A DNA stretch of 64,000 nt from Candidatus Lernaella stagnicola. Its GTDB lineage: Bacteria; Lernaellota; Lernaellaia; Lernaellales; Lernaellaceae. Below, piece after piece: positions 28,282-36,124 of this stretch. A model generated the notes under the pieces. That model was not told the origin of the DNA. It saw only the letters and a program-made list of their open reading frames with translations, and did not search any database. The translations under genes were made by a program, and so were the position numbers. Position 1 is the first letter of the stretch, and each line of letters opens with the position of its first letter. The stretch is taken from positions 86,126-150,125 of the forward strand of contig JAVCCK010000034.1 of NCBI GenBank assembly GCA_030765525.1, given 5' to 3'.

Positions 28282-28380
28282 TGTCAAAGGGTACGGTGTC
28301 TCGACTGACGTCGGGACGGTTTTGCATATTCGTCAAAAGCAGGTAGCATAAGCGCGAAAACAGGTGCAGACGGAGACGAC

Positions 28381-29415
28381 TTGAAGCGACGCATTCGGCC
28401 GATCTTGGTGATAGCAGCAATCGTTTTGGCGCTCGTTTCGTGCCAAACGGCGCAAAAGAAAAACGAGTTAGTACAAACCGAACTCGCGTGGTGGGAAAAT
28501 GCGCAGGCTCCCGAAGACGAGCAGGCGATCCGCGAGCGCGCCAAGGATATGCTCGACACCATCCGCAAGCGCCGCCCGGTGTACCGCATCGGCCCGGAAG
28601 ATATGTTGCGAGTCGCCATTTGGAACCGCCCGGACCTGAGCAAAGAGGGCCGGGTGCGCAACGACGGTATCTTCTTCCTACCCCTGATCGGCAACATCAA
28701 GGCCGACGGCTTGTCGGTCGCAGAGCTTCAAACCGTGCTCCGCGAAAAATTCGGCCGCCTACTTCGCGATCCGCAGGTTGACGTCGAGATCATCGAATAC
28801 GGCAGCAAGGTCTATTACGTATTCGGGCAGGTCTACAAACCGGGCGTGTATCCCGTCAAAGCCACCAGCTCCGTGCTCGAGGGTGTGGCCGGGGCCGGCG
28901 GCACGACCGAAAAGGCGAACCTCGGCGCAGCCTATCTCATCCGTGCCGGCACGGTTGTGCCGATCGATTTCTACCGCCTGTTCGAACGCGGCGACATCGG
29001 CCAAAACCTATTGCTGGCCGACGGCGACATCATCTACGTGCCCGACATTGCCGACTCCAAGGTGTACGTGCTGGGCGAAGTAAACGCCGCGACCGCAGTA
29101 CCGATGCGCGGCACTCGCATGCGGCTTTCCGAAGCGGTCGCGATGGCCGGGGGCTTCAACGAGATCACCGCCTTCAAGCGCGGCATCAAAATCATTCGCG
29201 GCGGTTTAGGCAATCCCCGCGTGTACACGGTCAATTACGAAGACATTCGCCGCGGCAAGGTGCCGGATATCGCCTTTTTACAGAACGGCGACATCGTGTA
29301 CGTGCCCGCCGGCGGGCTAACGAAATGGGACCGCGTAATGGGTCAATTGTTACCCAACTTGAGCCGCATCATCGTCGATGCGGCGGCGATCGACTCGCTG
29401 ACGGGAAACCGCTAA
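28381..29415 (+). CDS. Wza-like polysaccharide export lipoprotein (polysaccharide biosynthesis/export domain + SLBB)
   Basis: TTG start with lipoprotein signal MKRRIRPILVIAAIVLALVSC. The Poly_export motif is YRIGPEDMLRVAIWNRPDLSKEGRVRNDGIFFLPLIGNIKADGLSVAELQ, followed by SLBB-like repeats. Confidence 0.8.
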   Translation: MKRRIRPILVIAAIVLALVSCQTAQKKNELVQTELAWWENAQAPEDEQAIRERAKDMLDTIRKRRPVYRIGPEDMLRVAIWNRPDLSKEGRVRNDGIFFLPLIGNIKADGLSVAELQTVLREKFGRLLRDPQVDVEIIEYGSKVYYVFGQVYKPGVYPVKATSSVLEGVAGAGGTTEKANLGAAYLIRAGTVVPIDFYRLFERGDIGQNLLLADGDIIYVPDIADSKVYVLGEVNAATAVPMRGTRMRLSEAVAMAGGFNEITAFKRGIKIIRGGLGNPRVYTVNYEDIRRGKVPDIAFLQNGDIVYVPAGGLTKWDRVMGQLLPNLSRIIVDAAAIDSLTGNR

Positions 29416-29418
29416 ACG

Positions 29419-31743
29419 ATGGAACTGAGCTACCGCACCAAAGACGTGCAGATTTCCGATTACTTCCGCGTGCTCTTTCGCCGCCGGGTCGTCGTCTTGC
29501 TCACGTTCCTGGCCGTCTTCTTGTCGGTGTTGATCCACACCTTCCTCATGACGCCCATCTTCGAAGCCTTCGCCACGGTGCAAGTTAAGGAAGAGCAAAC
29601 CCAGACGATGCTGCTGGGCGAACTGGGGCGCTTCGGGCGAGCCAACACCGTCAAGGCCGAGATGGAGATCATCAAGAGCCGCACCATCGCCGAAGCCGTC
29701 GTGCGCGAACTGCACCTCGACCTTTTGGTCGTCGACCAAAGCCGGGGCCTCCAGGTCGATCTGAAAAACGTCAACCTTCCCTTGGATCAGCGCGGGCGCA
29801 CGTTCGACGTCGAATTCCTCAATGAGCAAGGACGCTTCGAGGTGTCCTACAAAGGCGACAAGCTCGGCGAAGGATCGCTGGAAGCCGGTTGTCACGAAAA
29901 GGAATTGCACTTCGACGTGGAGGTCGCGGGCGATCCGCCGCAAGCGGGCGACGGGTTCAAATTCGTGCAGCGCCCGTTTGCCGCGGTCGTGCGCATGGTG
30001 CAAAACAGTTTGGATGTCGTCGAGGTCGGCGACCGCACCAATATCATCAAGATATCTTATCGCAGCCAATATCGCGACATGGCGCGCGACATCGTCAACA
30101 AATCGGTCGAGGTCTACCAGCAGAAGGACATTGAGTACAAGAGCAGCGAAGCGGGCAACACGGTCGGTTTCATTGAGAGCCAGATCGAAGCGATTTCCCG
30201 CAACCTGGGCGACTTCGAGCAGAGTTTGCAGGAGTACAAGAAAGACCAGGGAATTATCGAGTTGTCCGCCGAGGCCGGTACGCTGATCGACGCCATCGCC
30301 GATTTCGAAGTGCAACGCTCCCAGTTGGAGATCGAACGCTATCGCTATGCGGCGATGCTGCAATCGATCAAAAAGTACGGTGTCGAAACCGCCTCGTTGC
30401 CCAGCCTGTCATCCGCCCAAGACACTGTTTTGACCGGACTCGGCCAGATATTGGCCGAACTCAAAAGCAAGAAGAGTTCCTTGTTGATCGAACTGAAACC
30501 CGAACACCCCCAGGTTAAAGCGGTCACGCAGGAAATCCAGGCCATTGGTTCGCAGATCGCCGCGATTCTCGCGCAAACCACCAAGACCCTGGATTCGCGG
30601 TTGACCAAATTGGGGCAGGTCATCGACAAGTACAACCAGAAAATCAGCGTTCTGCCCGCGACAGAGCGCAAGCTGGCGGAACTGAAACGCTCGACTGAAG
30701 TCACGAGTCAGATATACACCTTTTTACTGGAAAAGCAGCAGGAAGCCCGCATCGCGCAGGCGTCCGAGATCAGCAACATCCGCGTGATCGATTTGGCGGT
30801 GACGCCCAGCACGCAGATCAAGCCGAATATCCGACTCAATCTACTCCTCGGAATTGTCGCCGGGTTGTTGCTGGCCATCGGTGTCGCGTTCTTCTTGGAA
30901 TTCATCGACGACTCCCTCAAGTCGATCGAGGAAGTCGAGCGCTTCGTGCGCCGGCCGGTCTACGGCATCATTCCGCGCATTCCGGATTACCGTAAGGACG
31001 AAGAAGGCGGTCGCACCGTCGCGTCGGCGCTGGTAACGCACTACAGCCCGAAGAGCCCCATTTCGGAAGCTTTTCGCACGCTGCGTACGAATATCCATTT
31101 CGCCGATCCCGACCAAAAACTGCACACGTTGCTGATCACCAGCGCCGGGCCGAGCGAGGGAAAGTCGACGATCGTTTCCAACCTCGCGCTGACCTTCGCC
31201 AACACCGGCCGCAAAACCCTGCTGATCGACTGCGACCTGCGCAAACCGAATATGCAAAACATTTTTGAGATTGAACGGGATCCCGGCCTGACCACCGCAC
31301 TGCTCGGCGAAAAGCCCTGGCAGGAAGTCGTCGTAAAAACGAAGGTCGACAACCTGTTCATCATGCCCTCCGGGCCGATTCCGCCCAATCCCACGGAACT
31401 ACTGGGCAGCCAGCAAATGAAAGACGTGATCGCTTTGCTGAGAAGTGAGTTCGACCTCATCTTGTTTGACAGCCCGCCGGTCATCGCCGTGACCGACGCG
31501 GCGATTCTTTCCTCGGTGGTCGACGCCACGTTCATTGTCGTCGAACTCGGCCGCAGCCGGGGCACGGCGGTCAATCGCGCGATCGGCCTGCTGGAGAAAG
31601 TCAAAGCCAACTTGCTGGGTGTCGTGACCAACAATATCTTCGCCGGCTATCGCTACGATTACGGCTATTACAGCTACTACTATTACTACGCCGACGGCGG
31701 TCAGAAAAAGAAGCGGCGGCGGCGCACGCGATACGGGTACTAG
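29419..31743 (+). CDS. polysaccharide co-polymerase / tyrosine autokinase (Wzc/GumC-type chain-length determinant)
   Basis: The N-terminal Wzz-like TM region and long coiled-coil periplasmic domain are present, with a second TM helix LLLGIVAGLLLAIGVAFFL. The C-terminal BY-kinase domain has Walker A ITSAGPSEGKSTIVSNLAL and a tyrosine cluster GYRYDYGYYSYYYYYADGG. The 3-nt gap to the Wza-like gene suggests an operon. Confidence 0.85.
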   Translation: MELSYRTKDVQISDYFRVLFRRRVVVLLTFLAVFLSVLIHTFLMTPIFEAFATVQVKEEQTQTMLLGELGRFGRANTVKAEMEIIKSRTIAEAVVRELHLDLLVVDQSRGLQVDLKNVNLPLDQRGRTFDVEFLNEQGRFEVSYKGDKLGEGSLEAGCHEKELHFDVEVAGDPPQAGDGFKFVQRPFAAVVRMVQNSLDVVEVGDRTNIIKISYRSQYRDMARDIVNKSVEVYQQKDIEYKSSEAGNTVGFIESQIEAISRNLGDFEQSLQEYKKDQGIIELSAEAGTLIDAIADFEVQRSQLEIERYRYAAMLQSIKKYGVETASLPSLSSAQDTVLTGLGQILAELKSKKSSLLIELKPEHPQVKAVTQEIQAIGSQIAAILAQTTKTLDSRLTKLGQVIDKYNQKISVLPATERKLAELKRSTEVTSQIYTFLLEKQQEARIAQASEISNIRVIDLAVTPSTQIKPNIRLNLLLGIVAGLLLAIGVAFFLEFIDDSLKSIEEVERFVRRPVYGIIPRIPDYRKDEEGGRTVASALVTHYSPKSPISEAFRTLRTNIHFADPDQKLHTLLITSAGPSEGKSTIVSNLALTFANTGRKTLLIDCDLRKPNMQNIFEIERDPGLTTALLGEKPWQEVVVKTKVDNLFIMPSGPIPPNPTELLGSQQMKDVIALLRSEFDLILFDSPPVIAVTDAAILSSVVDATFIVVELGRSRGTAVNRAIGLLEKVKANLLGVVTNNIFAGYRYDYGYYSYYYYYADGGQKKKRRRRTRYGY

Positions 31744-31745
31744 TC

Positions 31746-32966
31746 GTGAAGTTCCTGATCGTTATTCCGGCCCTCAACGAAGAGCAGGCCGTTCGCGCCA
31801 TCATCGAACGCTGCCTCGCCGCGCGCCCGGCCATCATCGCGCAAACCCCCGTCGACGAAGTAGACATCACCGTCGTCTCTGACGGCTCCAGTGACCGCAC
31901 GCCCGAAATCGCCGCCGAATACACGGACCGAATCACCCTCGTGAGCTATCGCGTCAATCGCGGCTACGGCGCGGCGATCAAGCTCGGCTGGTCTAATTCG
32001 GATGCCGAACTCGTGGGGTTCCTCGACGCCGACGGCACGTGCGATCCGCTCTTTTTCGTCGACTTGATCAACAAACTCGTCGGCGACGAACTGAATGTCG
32101 TGCTCGGTTCACGGATGGGCGAGGACAGTGAAATGCCCAAAGTGCGCCGGTTCGGCAACCGGGTGTTCGCCGCGATCATCAACCTGATCGCCCGCGCGAA
32201 AATTTCCGACTCGGCCTCCGGGATGCGCGTGGTGCGCCGCGAAAGCCTCCCGCGTCTATATCCGTTGCCCGACGGCCTGCACTTCACGCCCGCGATGAGT
32301 TGCAAGGCAGTGCTCGATCCGCAATTGAAGATCGGCGAAGTGCCGATGACCTACGCCGAACGCCTGGGCGAATCCAAACTTTCGGCCCTCAAAGACGGCG
32401 TGCGTTTTCTACGGATCATCCTCGACATCGCCATGACGTACCGGCCCTTCCGCGTGTTCGGCGTGATCGGGATAGTTTTTTTGCTCCCGGCGCTCTTTTT
32501 CGGCGCAGACCTGGTGGCCAATTACTTCGCTTCGGGCCACGTCCCCGACGGCATGATCTACCGCGTGCTTGCCGTCGTCGTGCTCGGCTTTGCCGGTTTG
32601 CTGATCATGGGCGCCGGGATGATCGCCGAGGGCGTGGTCGAATTGCGCAATCCGTGGATTCGCCCGCACGGCGCGTTCTATCGCTTAGTGCGTCGCGTGA
32701 CGCAGTCCGACGCCATGCTGACGTTGGCCGGGATCGTCCTGCTGGCGGCGCTCGTATTCGTGGCGCGACCGGCCGTTCAATACGTGCTGACCGGTCACAT
32801 TGCGGCGCACTGGTCGCAAGTGGCGCTGGCCGGCGCGATGTTTTTGCTGGCCGTGCAGTTGACCGTGCTGGCGGGGCTGCAACGCATGCTCGCCACCATG
32901 CTCGCTACCGAGACCGATGACGTCGACCCTCGCTTCGACAAGGAGCAAGTGCTTGGCAAGGACTGA
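31746..32966 (+). CDS. family 2 glycosyltransferase with C-terminal multi-TM domain (polyprenyl-phosphate sugar transferase-like)
   Basis: GTG start. The GT2 motifs are MKFLIVIPALNEE, VVSDGSSDRT and FLDADGTCDP. Four hydrophobic helices follow (FGVIGIVFLLPALFF...). Confidence 0.75.
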   Translation: MKFLIVIPALNEEQAVRAIIERCLAARPAIIAQTPVDEVDITVVSDGSSDRTPEIAAEYTDRITLVSYRVNRGYGAAIKLGWSNSDAELVGFLDADGTCDPLFFVDLINKLVGDELNVVLGSRMGEDSEMPKVRRFGNRVFAAIINLIARAKISDSASGMRVVRRESLPRLYPLPDGLHFTPAMSCKAVLDPQLKIGEVPMTYAERLGESKLSALKDGVRFLRIILDIAMTYRPFRVFGVIGIVFLLPALFFGADLVANYFASGHVPDGMIYRVLAVVVLGFAGLLIMGAGMIAEGVVELRNPWIRPHGAFYRLVRRVTQSDAMLTLAGIVLLAALVFVARPAVQYVLTGHIAAHWSQVALAGAMFLLAVQLTVLAGLQRMLATMLATETDDVDPRFDKEQVLGKD

Positions 32967-34419
32967 CCGCGGGCGCGTCGCCCTTGTCAATGCGCCGTTT
33001 CTGCCGCGCTTTTCCCGCTCCCAACGAAGCCCGGGCGTCATCAAAAGCAACGTGCTCTACTACCCCTATTGGCTGGCCCACGCCGCCGCCTTGCTGCAGC
33101 GCGAAGGCTTCGTCGTCGATCTGCTTGACGCCCCCGCGCTAGGCCTCGATTCGACGCCCGCCGTCGATCACGTCGTGAGCTTTCAACCCGACCTCGTATT
33201 GGTCGAAACCAGCACGCCGTCCATCGCCGCCGATCGCGCCTACGCCGTCGAAGTCAAAAACAAGATGCCGGAAGCCGCCGTGTTCCTGGTCGGTACGCAC
33301 GTCACCGCGCAGCCCATACAAACCCTGGGCGACTCGCCGCTCGACGGCGCCCTGCTCGGCGAGTACGACTTCACAGCCCTCGAACTTGCGCGCGTCGTCG
33401 TCGCCGGCGGCAACCGCGCCGACGTGCCGGGTGTGGCGGTTTGCGGCGCGAGCGGCGGCGAAATTGGCGCAACACGCGCTCTGATCGAAAACCTGGACGA
33501 ACTGCCGTGGATCGCCCCGATCTACAAGCAGTTTCTGCCGATCGAGGCATACAACTTCAGTCTCGCCCATCACCCGATGGTGATGCTGATCAGCGGCCGC
33601 GGCTGCCCCAACAATTGCTTCTTCTGCCTGTATCCACAGGTGATGCACGGCCGGCGCTTTCGTGCCCGCAGCCCTGAGCACGTCGTCGGCGAACTGGAGT
33701 ATGTCGCCACGCAGATGCCCGGCGTGCGGGAAATCGTATTCGAAGACGACACCTTCACCGCCGACGAAACCCGCGCCATACAAATCGCCGAACTGAAAAT
33801 GCAGCGCGGCGTCAAGCTGCCGTTTTTCGCCAACCTGCGCGTCAATACCGAACCGGAGACCGTGCGCGCCCTGGTGCGGGCCGGGCTGCGCAGTTGCGCC
33901 GTGGGCTTTGAATCCGCCGGCGAAAAGGCGCTGGAGCGCATGAAAAAAGGCATATCGCTCGAGCGCGCCAAACGCTTCATGCAGATCGCCCGCGCCGAGG
34001 GGTTACTGGTACACGGCTGCTTCATGGTGGGGTTTCCGGGAGAGACGCGCGAGACCATGGCGCACACGCTACGTTACGCCATCGAACTCGAGCCTGATTC
34101 CGCGCAGTTTTATCCGGTGTTTCCGTACCCGGGAACCGAGGCGTACGAGTGGGCCGAACGAAACGGGTATCTCAGTACGCACGACTTTCGCAAATGGCTG
34201 ACGCCCGCCGGCCATCACGCGGCGGTGATTGATCTGCCCGGCCTGTCGCATCAGGAGCAATGGGCGTTTTGTGAAAAGGCGTACCGGCGATTCCATTTTC
34301 GCCCGCGCTACCTGGTACGCAAACTCGTCCAGGCGATTCGGCGGCCCGCGGAAGGATGGCGAAGTCTGCGCGGATTGTTCGCGTACCTGCGTTATCTCGT
34401 TGGGCGGAGAGCGTCATGA
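32917..34419 (+). CDS. B12-binding domain radical SAM protein (class B rSAM)
   Basis: The B12-binding fold is RVALVNAPFLPRF...VVDLLDAP...PDLVLVETST...VFLVGTHVTAQP. The rSAM core is MLISGRGCPNNCFFCLYPQV. The most probable start is TTG ~32953 (AAGGAG 7 nt upstream) rather than the ORF-track ATG 32917. Embedded between two GT2 genes. Confidence 0.8.
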   Translation: MTSTLASTRSKCLARTDRGRVALVNAPFLPRFSRSQRSPGVIKSNVLYYPYWLAHAAALLQREGFVVDLLDAPALGLDSTPAVDHVVSFQPDLVLVETSTPSIAADRAYAVEVKNKMPEAAVFLVGTHVTAQPIQTLGDSPLDGALLGEYDFTALELARVVVAGGNRADVPGVAVCGASGGEIGATRALIENLDELPWIAPIYKQFLPIEAYNFSLAHHPMVMLISGRGCPNNCFFCLYPQVMHGRRFRARSPEHVVGELEYVATQMPGVREIVFEDDTFTADETRAIQIAELKMQRGVKLPFFANLRVNTEPETVRALVRAGLRSCAVGFESAGEKALERMKKGISLERAKRFMQIARAEGLLVHGCFMVGFPGETRETMAHTLRYAIELEPDSAQFYPVFPYPGTEAYEWAERNGYLSTHDFRKWLTPAGHHAAVIDLPGLSHQEQWAFCEKAYRRFHFRPRYLVRKLVQAIRRPAEGWRSLRGLFAYLRYLVGRRAS

Positions 34420-35435
34420 AACGGGTGACGGTTGCCGTACTCGCTTACAACGAAGAGGCCAATTTGCCGGACCTGCTCGGCAGCTTGGCGGCGCAAACCT
34501 TACCGCAAGACCAATTCGATATTCTTATCGTCGATAACGGCAGTTCCGACCGCACGCGCGAGATCGCCGAACAGTGGCAAAGCCCCTTGAACAACCTGCG
34601 CGTGGTCGTTCAACCCGTACCGGGCATCGCCGTTTCCCGCAATTGCGCGCTGGCGGAAGCGACCACGGCGTTGATTGCGTTCACCGACGCCGATGTCATT
34701 TGTCCGCCCGGTTGGCTGCAAACGCTGGTCGAGGGTTTCGATCGGCACCACGCACGCGACGAGCATGTTGTGGCCGTGGGTGGCGGCAACACGCCCGTGT
34801 CGGGGCAGGGCGCTTTTCTCACGGCGATCGGCATCACGCTAAATAGTTTCTGGGGCAGTCACGGCAGCGTGCAGGGCATGATCTACACCGACGATCGGGA
34901 CGTGGAGCACATTCCGACGCTCAATATTTGCTACGACCGGGAGCGGGTGCGCGCCGCGGGCGGGTTTGACGAAGATTTCCGCATGGTCAGCGAAGATCCG
35001 GAACTCAATCACCGGCTGACGCGCCGCCACGGGTACAAAATCGTTTTTCTCGCCGGGGCCGAGGTGGAGCACAAAATGCGGCCGGACCTGAAAAGTTGGT
35101 GGCGCAACGTGTACATGTACGGTCGCGGGCGCACGCAGATCATCAAGAAGCACCCCGATCATCTCCAGTGGAAGTACATGGTGCCGCCGGTATTGCTGGC
35201 GGTCTTGGCGTTGATCCCACTGGGATTGGTGCATCCGCTATTTTGGCTGCCGGCCGTGTATTGGATTGCGCCGCTGCCCATCGCCGCGTACTTGTGCCTG
35301 CGCGCCGGGAAACCCACGTTGACGCCGCTGGCCTACCTCATTTTGGTCGGCAATCCCGTTTTCTACGGATTGGGCATGATCCACGGCCTGTGGTTTCGCT
35401 ACGAACCCGTTAGCCCGCGCTGCGTTGACCCATAA
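34416..35435 (+). CDS. family 2 glycosyltransferase
   Basis: MKRVTVAVLAYNEEANLPDLL...ILIVDNGSSDRT...AFTDADVICPPGWL (DxD-like), with two C-terminal TM helices. The ATG overlaps the TGA of the upstream rSAM gene (ATGA). Confidence 0.8.
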   Translation: MKRVTVAVLAYNEEANLPDLLGSLAAQTLPQDQFDILIVDNGSSDRTREIAEQWQSPLNNLRVVVQPVPGIAVSRNCALAEATTALIAFTDADVICPPGWLQTLVEGFDRHHARDEHVVAVGGGNTPVSGQGAFLTAIGITLNSFWGSHGSVQGMIYTDDRDVEHIPTLNICYDRERVRAAGGFDEDFRMVSEDPELNHRLTRRHGYKIVFLAGAEVEHKMRPDLKSWWRNVYMYGRGRTQIIKKHPDHLQWKYMVPPVLLAVLALIPLGLVHPLFWLPAVYWIAPLPIAAYLCLRAGKPTLTPLAYLILVGNPVFYGLGMIHGLWFRYEPVSPRCVDP

Positions 35436-35468
35436 AAAAACCCCGGAGCCGCAGCCCCGGGGTCTTCG
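35434..35468 (-). terminator. rho-independent terminator (minus strand; possibly bidirectional)
   Basis: The stem is ccccgg with loop agccgcagcc and ccgggg. On the minus strand the hairpin is followed by TTTTTTT, just downstream of the lipoprotein gene 35487..35912 and 1 nt after the GT2 stop. Confidence 0.5.
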
Positions 35469-35486
35469 ACACTTATTGTCTTAGGC

Positions 35487-35912
35487 TTAGCTGAACAGGT
35501 CGGTCAGGCACGCTTCGATGTCGACACAGTCGTCGTTTTCATCGATGCAGGCGTAGATATCACTGTCCTTGCCGTAATTCTCATCGCCGGCGGAGCAAGC
35601 GTCGATGACGGCGCCCAAGGCGATTTCGATTTCATCGGCATCGTAGAACGCCAGTCCGCATACATCGTACAGGTACGTGTAATTGGTGGCGCACTCGTCG
35701 TCGGTCGTGTCGTCGTCACCCGCCGTGTCGTTATCGTCGTTATCGTCGTTGTCATCGTCGTCGTCGCCGGCCGTGTCGTCATCGGCCGTGTCGTCGTCGG
35801 CCACGGTATCGTCGTCGTCGTCGTCATCGCCACAGGCAGCCATCGCGCCGAACGCCAGCGCCAACACCGTAATCAGCGCGAGCAGCAGGAACTTGTTATT
35901 AACCACACTCAT
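35487..35912 (-). CDS. small poly-Asp Cys-rich lipoprotein (paralog of 21708..22040)
   Basis: Signal and lipobox LALAFGAMAAC. A ~60-aa tract follows that is almost exclusively D with T/A/N (GDDDDDDDTVADDDTADDDTAGDDDDDNDDNDDND...). The C-terminal Cys-containing domain is ...ECATNYTYLYDVCGLAFYDADE...IDACSAGDENYGKDSDIYACIDENDDCVDIEACLTDLFS. Located 212 nt downstream of the giant rSAM gene on the same strand. Confidence 0.6.
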   Translation of the reverse strand: MSVVNNKFLLLALITVLALAFGAMAACGDDDDDDDTVADDDTADDDTAGDDDDDNDDNDDNDTAGDDDTTDDECATNYTYLYDVCGLAFYDADEIEIALGAVIDACSAGDENYGKDSDIYACIDENDDCVDIEACLTDLFS

Positions 35913-36124
35913 TTTCGTCTCCTTCGACTAGTTTTGGAATTATCAAGTTTTTAAGCGCACCGAAGAACCCGCGTAACACGGGCATCGGCATCTTCCTCCC
36001 ATTTCCTGCGGGGAGCAGCCATTGTAACCCCTTCAGACCCACTGTAAACAGCGAAGGTTCCCAATGAGATCATATTTCATGTACTTGATGAAAAACGGAG
36101 TTATCGGCAGGGGTGGGAAGGCTT

